Part shown: positions 39,371 to 50,400 of the stretch, one piece after another
Layout: each line of letters opens with the position of its first letter
How positions within the stretch are numbered: the stretch's first letter is position 1
DNA from: Eledone cirrhosa
Lineage: Eukaryota
DNA: 64,000 nucleotides
Reading direction: 5' to 3'
Assembly: GCA_964016885.1 (NCBI GenBank)
Contig: OZ024740.1
Location: 24,056,001-24,120,000, forward strand
Position numbers and translations under genes: made by a program
The notes under the pieces: model-generated
Database searches by the model: none
Seen by the model: the letters and a program-made list of their open reading frames with translations, nothing else
Told to the model about the DNA's origin: nothing

Positions 39371-41610
39371 TTTATGGTTGTTGTTGTTGTTGTTGTGGCG
39401 GTGGTTGTCACTGTTGATGTTCCTTTTATGGTTGTTGTTGTTGTTGTTGTTGTGGCGGTGGTTGTCACTGTTGATGTTCCTTTTATGGTTGTTGTTGTTG
39501 TTGTTGTGGCGGTGGTTGTCACTGTTGATGTTCCTTTTATGGTTGTTGTTGTTGTTGTTGTTGTGGCGGTGGTTGTCACTGTTGATGTTCCTTTTATGGT
39601 TGTTGTTGTTGTGTGTGGTGGTGGTGGTTGTCACTGTTGATGTTCCTTTTATGGTTGTTGTTGTTGTTGTTGTTGTGGCGGGGGTTGTCACTGTTGATGT
39701 TCCTTTTATGGTTGTTGTTGTTGTTGTGGCGGTGGTTGTCACTGTTGATGTTTCTTTTATTGTTGTTGTTGTTGTTGTTGTGGCGGTGGTTGTCACTGTT
39801 GATGTTCCTTTTATGGTTGTTGTTGTTGTTGTTGTGGCGGTGGTTGTCACTGTTGATGTTCCTTTTATGGTTGTTGTTGTTGTTGTTGTTGTGGCGGTGG
39901 TTGTCACTGTTGATGTTCTTTTTATGGTTGTTGTTGTTGTTGTGGTGGTGGTGGTTGTCACTGTTGATGTTCCTTTTATGGTTGTTGTTGTTGTTGCTGT
40001 TGTGGCGCTGGTTGTCACTGTTGATGTTCCTTTTATGGTTGTTGTTGTTGTTGTTGTGGTGGTGGTGGTTGTCACTGTTGATGTTCCTTTTATGGTTGTT
40101 GTTGTTGTTGTTGTGGCGGTGGTTGTCACTGTTGATGTTCCTTTTATGGTTGTTGTTGTTGTTGTTGTGGCGGTGGTTGTCACTGTTGATGTACCTTTTA
40201 TTGTTGTTGTTGTTGTTGTTGTGGCGGTGGTTGTCACTGTTGATGTTCCTTTTATGGTTGTTGTTGTTGTTGTGGCGGTGGTTGTCACTGTTGATGTTCC
40301 TTTTATGTTTGTTGTTGTTGTTGTTGTTTTGGTGGTGGTTGTCACTGTTGATGTTCCTTTTATGGTTGTTGTTGTTGTTGTTGTGGCGGTGGTTGTCACT
40401 GTTGATGTTCCTTTTATGGTTGTTGTTGTTGTTGTTGTGGCGGTGGTTGTCACTGTTGATGTACCTTTTATTGTTGTTGTTGTTGTTGTTGTGGCGGTGG
40501 TTGTCACTGTTGATGTTCCTTTTATGGTTGTTGTTGTTGTTGTTGTTGTGGCGGTGGTTGTCACTGTTGATGTTCCTTTTATGCTTGTTGTTGTTGTGGT
40601 GGTGGTGGTTTTCAGTGTTGATGTTCCTTTTATGGTTGTTGTTGTTGTTGTTGTGGTGGTGGTGGTTGCCACTGTTGATGTTCCTCTTATGGTTGTTGTT
40701 GTGGTGGTGGTTGTCACTGTTGATGTTCCTTTTATGGTTGTTGTTGTTGTTGTTGTTGTGGTGGTTGTCACTGTTGATGTTCCTTTTATGGTTGTTGTTA
40801 TTGTTGTGGCGGTGGTGGTCACTGTTGATGTTCCTTTTATTGTTGTTGTTGTTGTTGTTGTGGCGGTGGTGTTCACTGTTGATGTTCCTTTTATGATTGT
40901 TGTTGTTGTTGTGGCGGTGGTGGTCACTGTTGATGTTCCTTTTATGGTTGTTGTTGTTGTTGTTGTGGCGGTGGTTGTCACTGTTGATGTTCCTTTTATG
41001 GTTGTTGTTGTTGTTGTTGTGGCGGTGGTGGTCACTGTTGATGTTCCTTTTATGGGTGTTGTTGTTGTTGTTGTGGCGGTGGTTGTCACTGTTGATGTAC
41101 CTTTTATGGTTGTTGTTGTTATTGTTGTGGCGGTGGTTGTCACTGTTGATGTTCCTTTTATGGTTGTTGTTGTTGTTGTTGTGGTGGTTGCCACTGTTGA
41201 TGTTCCTTTTATGGTTGTTGTTGTTGTTGTTGTGGCGGTGGTGGTCACCGTTGATGTTCCTTTTATGGTTGTTGTTGTTATTGTTGTGGCGGTGGTTGTC
41301 ACTGTTGATGTTCCTTTTATGGTTGTTGTTGTTGTTGTTGTGGCGGTGTTGGTCACTGTTGATGTTCCTTTTATGGTTGTTGTTGTTGTTGTTGTGGTGG
41401 TGGTTGCCACTGTTGATGTCCCTTTCATGGTTGTTGTTGTTGTGGTGCTGGTTGTCACTCTTGATGTCCCATTCATGGTTGTAGTTGTTATTGATGTGAC
41501 GGTTGTGGTTGTCACTGTTGATGTTCCTTTTATTGTTGTTGCTGTTGTTGTTGTGGCGGTGGTTGTAACTGTTGATGTTCCTTTTATTGTTGTTGTTGTT
41601 GTTTTTATTG

Positions 41611-41883
41611 TTGATAGAAGTGCCGTTGTTATTGTTGTTAAAATGGTTGTTGTTACTAATAACATTTTTGTTTCAACTCTTATTACTATTGGAGATGGTT
41701 TTTATGTTAATATTTCTGTTTTTAACTTCACTCTTCTTATTTCTCTTTTTACCCATGTTGTTCTTGTTGATATTCTCACCTTCACTCTTCTTATTGCTGT
41801 TTTATCTATGGTGTTAATATTTCTGTTTTTACCTCCACAATTCTCCTTACCGTTTTTAACTATGTTGTTATTTCAGTTTTTAC
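41611..41883. other. Degenerate junction between arrays A and B
   Basis: Eroded A-like triplets, a short quasi-unique stretch (~41,665-41,705), then eroded B-like 27-bp monomers such as 'acccatgttgttcttgttgatattctc' and 'ttcttattgctgttttatctatg'. Confidence 0.85.
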
Positions 41884-41936
41884 CTACGTTGTTCTTGTTA
41901 CTGTTATTAACTATGCTGTTCCCATCGCTGTTTTAC

Positions 41937-42448
41937 CTATGCTGTTCTTGTTACTATTATTAACTATGTTGTTCTTGTTACTGTTATTAACTATGTTTTT
42001 CTTGTTACTGTTATTAACTATGTTGTTCTTGTTACTGTTATTATCTATGCTGTACTTGTTACTGTTATTAAGTATGTTGTTCTTGTTACTGTTATTAACT
42101 ATGCTGTTCTTGTTACTGTTATTAACTATGCTGTTCTTGTTACTATTATTAACTATGTTGTTCTTGTTACTGTTATTAACTATGCTGTTCTTGTTACTAT
42201 TATTAACTATGTTGTTCTTGTTACTGTTATTAACTATGCTGTTCTTGTTACTATTATTAACTATGTTGTTCTTGTTACTGTTATTAACTATGCTGTTCTT
42301 GATACTATTATTACCTATGCTGTTCTTGTTACTGCTATTAACTATGCTGTTCTTGTTACTGTTATTAACTATGTTGTTCTTGTTAGTATATTAACTATGC
42401 TGTTCTTGTTACTGTTATTAACTACGTTGTTCTTGTTACTGTTATTAA
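41937..42448. repeat. Homogeneous run of 27-bp a monomers
   Basis: About 19 consecutive ctatgYtgttcttgttactRttattaa units with no b monomer; this run produces the MLFLLLLLT repeat ORF at 41939-42394. Confidence 0.9.
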
Positions 42449-45351
42449 CTATGCCGTTCCCATCGCTGTTTTACCTATGCTGTTCTTGTTACTGTTATTA
42501 ACTATGCCGTTCCCATCGCTGTTTTACCTATGCTGTTCTGGTTACTGTTATTAACTATGCTGATCCCATCGCTGTTTTACCTATGCTGTTCTTGTTACTG
42601 TTATTAACTATGCTGTTCTCATCGCTGTTTTACCTATGCTGTTCTTGTTATTGTTATTAACTATGCTGTTCTCATAGCTGTTTTACCTATGCTGTTCTCA
42701 TTGCTGTTTTTCCTATTATGTTCTCATTGCTGTTTTACCTATGCTGTTCTTGTTACTGTTATTAACTATGCTGTTCTCATTGCTGTTTTTTCGTATGTTG
42801 TTCTCATCGCTGTTTTTCCTATGCTGTTTTGTTACTGTTATTAACTATGCTGTTCTCATCGCTGTTTTACCTATGCTGTTCTGGTTACTGTTATTAACTA
42901 TGCTGTTCTTGTTACTGTTATTAACTATGCTGTTCTTGTTACTGTTATTAACTATGCCGTTCCCATCGCTGTTTTACCTATGCCGTTTAGATTACTGTTA
43001 TTAACTATGCTGTTCTTGTTACTGTTATTAACTATGTTGTTCTTGTTACTGTTATTAACTATGCTGTTCTTGTTACTATATTAACTATGCTGTTCGTGTT
43101 ACTGTTATTAACTATGCTGTTCTCATTGTTGTTTTTTCCTATGCTGTTCTCATTGCTGTTTTACCCATGCTGTTCTTGTTACTGTTATTAACTATGCCGT
43201 TCCCATCGCTGTTTTACGTATGCTGTTCTTGTTCCTGTTATTAACTATGCCGTTCCCATCGCTGTTTTACCTATGCTGTTCTGGTTACTGTTATTAACTA
43301 TGCTGTTCCCATCGCTGTTTTACCTATGCTGTTCTTGTTACTGTTATTAACTATGCTGTTCTCATCGCTGTTTTACCTAAGCTGTTCTTGTTATTGTTAT
43401 TAACTATGCTGTTCTCATCGCTGTTTTACCTATGCTGTTCTTGTTATTGTTAATAACTATGCTGTTCTCATAGCTGTTTTACCTATGCTGTTCTCATTGC
43501 TGTTTTTTCCTATTATGTTCTTATTACTGTTTTACCTATGCTGTTCTTGTTACTGTTATTAACTATGCTGTTCTCATTGCTGTTTTTCCGTATGTTGTTC
43601 TCATCGCTGTTTTTCTATGCTGTATTGTTACTGTTATTAACTATGCTGTTCTCAACGCTGTTTTACCCATGCTGCTCTGGTTACTGTTATTAACTATGCT
43701 GTCCTTGTTACTGTTATTAACTATGCTGTTCTTGTTACTGTTATTAACTATGCCGTTCCCGTCGCTGTTTTACCTATGCTGTTTAGATTACTGTTATTAA
43801 CTATGCTGTTTTCATCGCTGTTTTACCTATGCTGTTCTTGTTACTGTTATTAACTATGCTGTTCTCATTGCTGTTTTTTCCTATTCTGTTCTCATTGCTG
43901 TTTTACCTATGCTGTTCTTGTTACTGTTATTAACTATCCAGTTCACATCGCTGTTTTACCTATGCTGTGCAGGATACTGTTATTAACTATGCTTTTCTCA
44001 TCGCTGTTTTACCTATGCTGTTCTTATTACTATTATTAACTATACTGTTCTCATTGCTGTTTTTTCGTATGTTGTTCTCATCGCTGTTTTACATATGTTG
44101 TTCTTGTTACTGTTATTAACTATGCTGTTCTCATCGCTGTTTTACCTATACTGTTCTGGTTACTGTTATTAACTATGCTGTTCTCATTGCTGTGTTTCTT
44201 ATGTTGTTCTCAACGCTGTTTTACATATGTTGTTCTCGTTACTGTTATTAACTATGCTGTTCTCTTCACTGTTTTACATATGTTGTTCTTGTTACTGTTA
44301 TTAACAATGCTGTACTTATTGCTGTTTTTCTATGCTGTTCTTGTTACTGTTATTAACTATGGCGTTCCCATCGCTGTTTTACCTATGCTGTTCTTGTTAC
44401 TGATATTAACTATGCTGTTCTCATTGCTGTTTTTCTTATGCTGTTCTCATTGCTGTTTTACCTATATTGTTCTTGTTACTGTTATTAACTATGTTCTTCT
44501 TGTTACTGTTATTAACTATGTTGTTCTCATCGCTGTTTTACTTATGCTGTTATTGTTACTGTTATTAACTATGCTGTTCTCATTGCTGTTTTTTCCTATG
44601 CTGTTCTCATTGCTGTTTTACCTATGCTGTTCTTGCTACTGTTATTAACTATGTTGTTCCCATCGCTGTTTTACATATGCTGTTCTTGTTACTGTTATTA
44701 ACTATGCCGCTCCCATCGCTGTTTTACCTATGCTGTTCTGGTTACTGTTATTAACAATGTTGTTCCCATCGCTGTTTTGCCTATGCTGTTCTTGTTACTG
44801 TTATTAACTATGCTGTTCTCATCGCTGTTTTACATATGTTGTTCTTGTTACTGTTATTAACTATGCTGTTCTCATTGCTGTTTTACCTATGCTGTTCTTG
44901 TTACTGTTATTAAATATGCCGTTCCCATCGCTGTTTTACCTATGCTGTTTAGATTACTGTTATTAACTATGCTGTTCTCATCGCTGTTTTACCTATGCTG
45001 TTCTTGTTACTGTTATTAACTATGCGGTTCTCATTGCTGTTTTTTCCTATTATGTTCTCATTGCAGGTTTTAGCTATGCTGTTCTGCTTACTGTTATTAA
45101 CTATGCTGTTCTCATTGCTGTTTTACCTATGCTGTTCTGCTTACTGTTATTAACTATGCTGTTCTCATTGCTGTTTACCTATGCTGTTCAGGTTACTGTT
45201 ATTAACTATGCTGATCTCACCGCCGTTTTACCTATGCTGTTCTTGTTACTATTATTAACTATGCTGTTCTCATTGCTGTTTTTGCCTATGCTGTTCTTGC
45301 TACTGTTATTAACTATGCTATTCTCATCGCTGATTTACCTATGCTGTTCTA

Positions 45352-47460
45352 GTTACTGTTATTAACTATGCTGTTCTCATTGCTGTTTTTCTTATGTTGT
45401 TCTCAACGCTGTTTTACATATGTTGTTCTTGTTACTGTTATTAACTATGCTGTTCTCTTCACTGTTATTAACTATGCTGTTCTCTTCACTGTTTTACATA
45501 TGTTGTTCTTGTTACTGTTATTAACAATGCTGTACTTATTGCTGTTTTTTCCTATGCTGTTCTCATTGCTGTTTTATCTATGCTGTTCTTGTTACTGTTA
45601 TTAACTATGCCGTTCCCATCGCTGTTTTACCTATGCTGTTCTTGTTACTGATATTAACTATGCTGTTCTCATTGCTGTTTTTCTTATGCTGTTCTCATTG
45701 CTGTTTTACCTATGCTGTTCTTGTTACTGTTATTAACTATGTTGTTCTTGTTACTGTTATTAACTATGCTGTTCTTGTTTCTGTTATTAACTATGCTGTT
45801 CTTGTTACTGTTATTAACTATGCTATTCTTGTTACTGTTATTAACTATGTTGTTCATGTTACTGTTATTAACTATGCAGTTCTCATTGCTGTTTTTCCTA
45901 TGCTGTTCTCATTGCTGTTTTACCTATGCTGTTCTTGTTACTGATATTAACTATGTTGTTCTTGTTACTGTTATTAACTATGCTGTTCTTGTTACTATAT
46001 TAACTATGCTGTTCTTGTTACTGTTATTAACTATGCTGTTCTCATGGTTGTTTTTTCCTATGCTGTTCTCATTGCTGTTTTACCTATGCTGTTCTTGCTA
46101 CTGTTATTAAATATGTTGTTCCCATCGCTGTTTTACCTATATTGTTCTTGTTACTGTTATTAACTATGCCGTTCCCATCGCTGTTTTACCTATGCTGTTC
46201 TGGTTAATGTTATTAACTATGTTGTTCCCATCGCTGTTTTACCTATGCTGTTCTTGTTACTGTTATTAACTATGCTGTTCTCATCGCTGTTTTACCAATG
46301 CTGTTTTTGTTGCTGTTATTAACTATGCTGTTCTCATCGCTGTTTTACCAATGCTGTTTTTGTTGCTGTTTTACCTATGCTGTTCTTGTTACTGTTATTA
46401 ACTATGCTGTTCTCATTGCTGTTTTTCTTATGTTGTTCTCAACGCTGTTTTACATATGTTGTTCTTGTTACTGTTATTAACTATGCTGTTCTCTTCACTG
46501 TTATTAACTATGCTGTTCTCTTCACTGTTTTACATATGTTGTTCTTGTTACTGTTATTAACAATGCTGTACTTATTGCTGTTTTTTCCTATGCTGTTCTC
46601 ATTGCTGTTTTATCTATGCTGTTCTTGTTACTGTTATTAACTATGCCGTTCCCATCGCTGTTTTACCTATGCTGTTCTTGTTACTGATATTAACTATGCT
46701 GTTCTCATTGCTGTTTTTCTTATGCTGTTCTCATTGCTGTTTTACCTATGCTGTTCTTGTTACTGTTATTAACTATGTTGTTCTTGTTACTGTTATTAAC
46801 TATGCTGTTCTTGTTTCTGTTATTAACTATGCTGTTCTTGTTACTGTTATTAACTATGCTATTCTTGTTACTGTTATTAACTATGTTGTTCATGTTACTG
46901 TTATTAACTATGCAGTTCTCATTGCTGTTTTTCCTATGCTGTTCTCATTGCTGTTTTACCTATGCTGTTCTTGTTACTGATATTAACTATGTTGTTCTTG
47001 TTACTGTTATTAACTATGCTGTTCTTGTTACTATATTAACTATGCTGTTCTTGTTACTGTTATTAACTATGCTGTTCTCATGGTTGTTTTTTCCTATGCT
47101 GTTCTCATTGCTGTTTTACCTATGCTGTTCTTGCTACTGTTATTAAATATGTTGTTCCCATCGCTGTTTTACCTATATTGTTCTTGTTACTGTTATTAAC
47201 TATGCCGTTCCCATCGCTGTTTTACCTATGCTGTTCTGGTTAATGTTATTAACTATGTTGTTCCCATCGCTGTTTTACCTATGCTGTTCTTGTTACTGTT
47301 ATTAACTATGCTGTTCTCATCGCTGTTTTACCAATGCTGTTTTTGTTGCTGTTATTAACTATGCTGTTCTCATCGCTGTTTTACCAATGCTGTTTTTGTT
47401 GCTGTTTTACCTATGCTGTTCTTGTTACTGTTATTAACTATGCTGTTCTCATTGCTGTTT
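45352..47460. repeat. 1036-bp tandem duplication in array B
   Basis: caacgct at 45404/46440 and accaatg at 46347/47383; identical ORFs at 45633/46669 and 45712/46748. Confidence 0.92.
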
Positions 47461-50400
47461 TTTCTATGTTGTTCTCATCGCTGTTTTACATATGTTGTTC
47501 TTGTTACTGTTATTAACTATGCTGTTCTCATTGCTGTTTTTTCCTATGCTGTTCTCATTGCTGTTTTACCTATGCTGTTCTTGTTACTGTTATTAAATAT
47601 GCCGTTCCCATCGCTGTTTTACCTATGCTGTTTAGATTACTGTTATTAACTATGCTGTTCTCATCGCTGTTTTACCTATGCTGTTCTTGTTACTGTTATT
47701 AACTATGCTGTTCTCATTGCTGTTTTTTCCTATTATGTTCTCATTGCAGGCTTTAGCTATGCTGTTCTGCTTACTGTTATTAACTATGCTGTTCTCATTG
47801 CTGTTTTACCTATGCTGTTCTGCTTACTGTTATTAACTATGCTGTTCTCATTGCTGTTTTACCTATGCTGTTCAGGTTACTGTTATTAACTATGCTGATC
47901 TCACCGCCGTTTTACCTATGCTGTTCTTGTTACCATTATTAACTATGCTGTTCTCATTGCTGTTTTTGTCTATGCTGTTCTTGCTACTGTTATTAACTAT
48001 GCTATTATCATCGCTGATTTACCTATGCTGTTCTAGTTACTGTTATTAACTATGCTGTTCTCATTGCTGTTTTTCTTATGCTGTTCTCGTTGCTGTTTTA
48101 CCTATGCTGTTCTTGTTACTGTTATTAACTATGTTGTTCTTGTTACTGTTATTAACTATGCTGTTCTTGTTTCTGTTATTAACTATGCTGTTCTTGTTAC
48201 TGTTATTAACTATGCTATTCTTGTTACTGTTATTAACTATGTTGTTCATGTTACTGTTATTAACTATGCAGTTCTCATTGCTGTTTTTCCTATGCTGTTC
48301 TCATTGCTGTTTTACCTATACTGTTCTTGTTACTGTTATTAACTATGTTGTTCTTGTTACTGTTATTAACTATACTGTTCTTGTTACTATATTAACTATG
48401 CTGTTCTTGTTACTGTTATTAACTATGCTGTTCTCATGGTTGTTTTTCCTATGCTGTTCTCATTGCTGTTTTACCTATGCTGTTCTTGCTACTGTTATTA
48501 ACTATGTTGTTCCCATCGCTGTTTTACCTATGCTGTTCTTGTTACTGTTATTAACTATGCCGTTCCCATCGCTCTTTTACCTATGCTGTTCTGGTTACTG
48601 TTATTAACTATGCTGTTCCCATCGCTGTTTTACCTATGCTGTTCTTGTTACTGTTATTAACTATGCTGTTCTCATCGCTGTTTTACCTATGCTGTTCTTG
48701 TTATTCTTATTATCTATGCTGTTCTCATCGCTGTTTTACCTATGCTGTTCTTGTTACTGTTATTAACTATGCTGTTCTCATTGCTGTTTTTTTGTATGTT
48801 GTTCTCATCGCTGTTTTACATATGTTGTTCTTTTTACTGTTATTAACTATGCTGTTCTCATTGCTGTTTTTTCCTATGCTGTTCTCATCGCTGTTTTACC
48901 TATGCTGTTCTTGTTACTGTTATTAAATATGCCGTTCCCATCGCTGTTTTACCTATGCTGTTTAGATTACTGTTATTAACTATGCTGTTCTCATCGCTGT
49001 TTTACCTATGCTGTTCTTGTTACTGTTATTAACTATGCTGTTCTCATTGCTGTTTTTTCCTATTATGTTCTCATTGCAGGTTTTAGCTATGCTGTTCTGC
49101 TTACTGTTATTAACTATGCTGTTCTCATTGCTGTTTTACCTATGCTGTTCTGCTTACTGTTATTAACTATGCTGTTCTCATTGCTGTTTTACCTATGCTG
49201 TTCAGGTTACTGTTATTAACTATGCTGATCTCACCGCCGTTTTACCTATGCTGTTCTTGTTACCATTATTAACTATGCTGTTCTCATTGCTGTTTTTGCC
49301 TATGCTGTTCTTGCTACTGTTATTAACTATGCTATTCTCATCGCTGATTTACCTATGCTGTTCTAGTTACTGTTATTAACTATGCTGTTCTCATTGCTGT
49401 TTTTCTTATGTTGTTCTCAACGCTGTTTTACATATGTTGTTCTTGTTACTGTTATTAACTATGCTGTTCTCTTCACTGTTATTAACTATGCTCTTCTCTT
49501 CACTGTTTTACATATGTTGTTCTTGTTACTGTTATTAACAATGCTGTACTTATTGCTGTTTTTTCCTATGCTGTTCTCATTGCTGTTTTATCTATGCTGT
49601 TCTTGTTACTGTTATTAACTATGCCGTTCCCATCGCTGTTTTACCTATGCTGTTCTTGTTACTGATATTAACTATGCTGTTCTCCTTGCTGTTTTTCTTA
49701 TGCTGTTCTCGTTGCTGTTTTACCTATGCTGTTCTTGTTACTGTTATTAACTATGTTGTTCTTGTTACTGTTATTAACTATGCTGTTCTTGTTTCTGTTA
49801 TTAACTATGCTGTTCTTGTTACTGTTATTAACTATGCTATTCTTGTTACTGTTATTAACTATGTTGTTCATGTTACTGTTATTAACTATGCAGTTCTCAT
49901 TGCTGTTTTTCCTATGCTGTTCTCATTGCTGTTTTACCTATACTGTTCTTGTTACTGTTATTAACTATGTTGTTCTTGTTACTGTTATTAACTATGCTGT
50001 TCTTGTTACTATATTAACTATGCTGTTCTTGTTACTGTTATTAACTATGCTGTTCTCATGGTTGTTTTTTCCTATGCTGTTCTCATTGCTGTTTTACCTA
50101 TGCTGTTCTTGCTACTGTTATTAACTATGTTGTTCCCATCGCTGTTTTACCTATGCTGTTCTTGTTACTGTTATTAACTATGCCGTTCCCATCGCTCTTT
50201 TACCTATGCTGTTCTGGTTACTGTTATTAACTATGCTGTTCCCATCGCTGTTTTACCTATGCTGTTCTTGTTACTGTTATTAACTATGTTGTTCCCATCG
50301 CTGTTTTACCTATGCTGTTCTTGTTACTGTTATTAACTATGTTTTTCCCATCGCTGTTTTACCTATGCTGTTCTTGTTACTGTTATTAACTATGCTGTTC

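Larger units (their letters stand above)
1..41610. repeat. Array A: minisatellite/satellite, modal monomer 54 bp (about 45-60 bp), with an embedded variable (GTT)n microsatellite
   Basis: Head-to-tail repetition of atg(gtt)n gtggcggtggtt g[t/c]c actgttgatgttcctttt with no unique insert or inversion seen. Monomer length varies in 3-bp steps. The plus strand is strongly G+T skewed. The array continues past the left edge. Confidence 0.99.
1..41665 (-). pseudogene. Possible decayed mucin-like (PTS-type, Thr-rich) tandem-repeat exon, 18-aa unit IKGTSTV[T/A]TTATTTTTTT
   Basis: Composition resembles O-glycosylated mucin repeats, with occasional NGT sequons (~235-830 and ~41,470). The frame is broken by 7 frameshifts (ca. 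8280, 10834, 11756, 12894, 15448, 19123, 39614) and dozens of TGA/TAA stops. No Cys-rich, vWD, SEA or transmembrane domain is present in the window. Confidence 0.25.
19118..41665 (-). other. Stop-free 7515-codon repeat ORF: ~680 aa Thr-rich segment followed by an Asn/His-rich repeat segment; coding status unproven
   Basis: ATG at 41,665-41,663 (plus strand 'cat') in an A-rich context (acaaaaATG), with an in-frame TAA upstream at 41,704-41,702. A +1 base near 39,614 moves translation into the HKRNINSDNHRHNNNN frame. A -1 near 19,123 returns it to the Thr frame, directly onto a TGA. Confidence 0.2.

Noticed and set aside
39750-41590. Minus-strand AATAAA hexamers from the ttttatt variant
   Set aside because: They are a one-base variant of the monomer with no GU-rich downstream element on that strand, so there is no support for poly(A) sites.
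1-41610. Chi-like GGCGGTGG motif or canonical telomere repeat
   Set aside because: It matches E. coli Chi (GCTGGTGG) at only 6 of 8 bases, which is expected from composition, and no short telomerase-type repeat such as TTAGGG or TTAGG is present.
25-41963. Giant plus-strand poly-Val ORFs (up to 6836 aa) and Leu/Trp ORFs
   Set aside because: They are automatic readings of a GTT-based repeat whose codons rarely mutate to stops. The products would be implausibly hydrophobic and have no unique domain.
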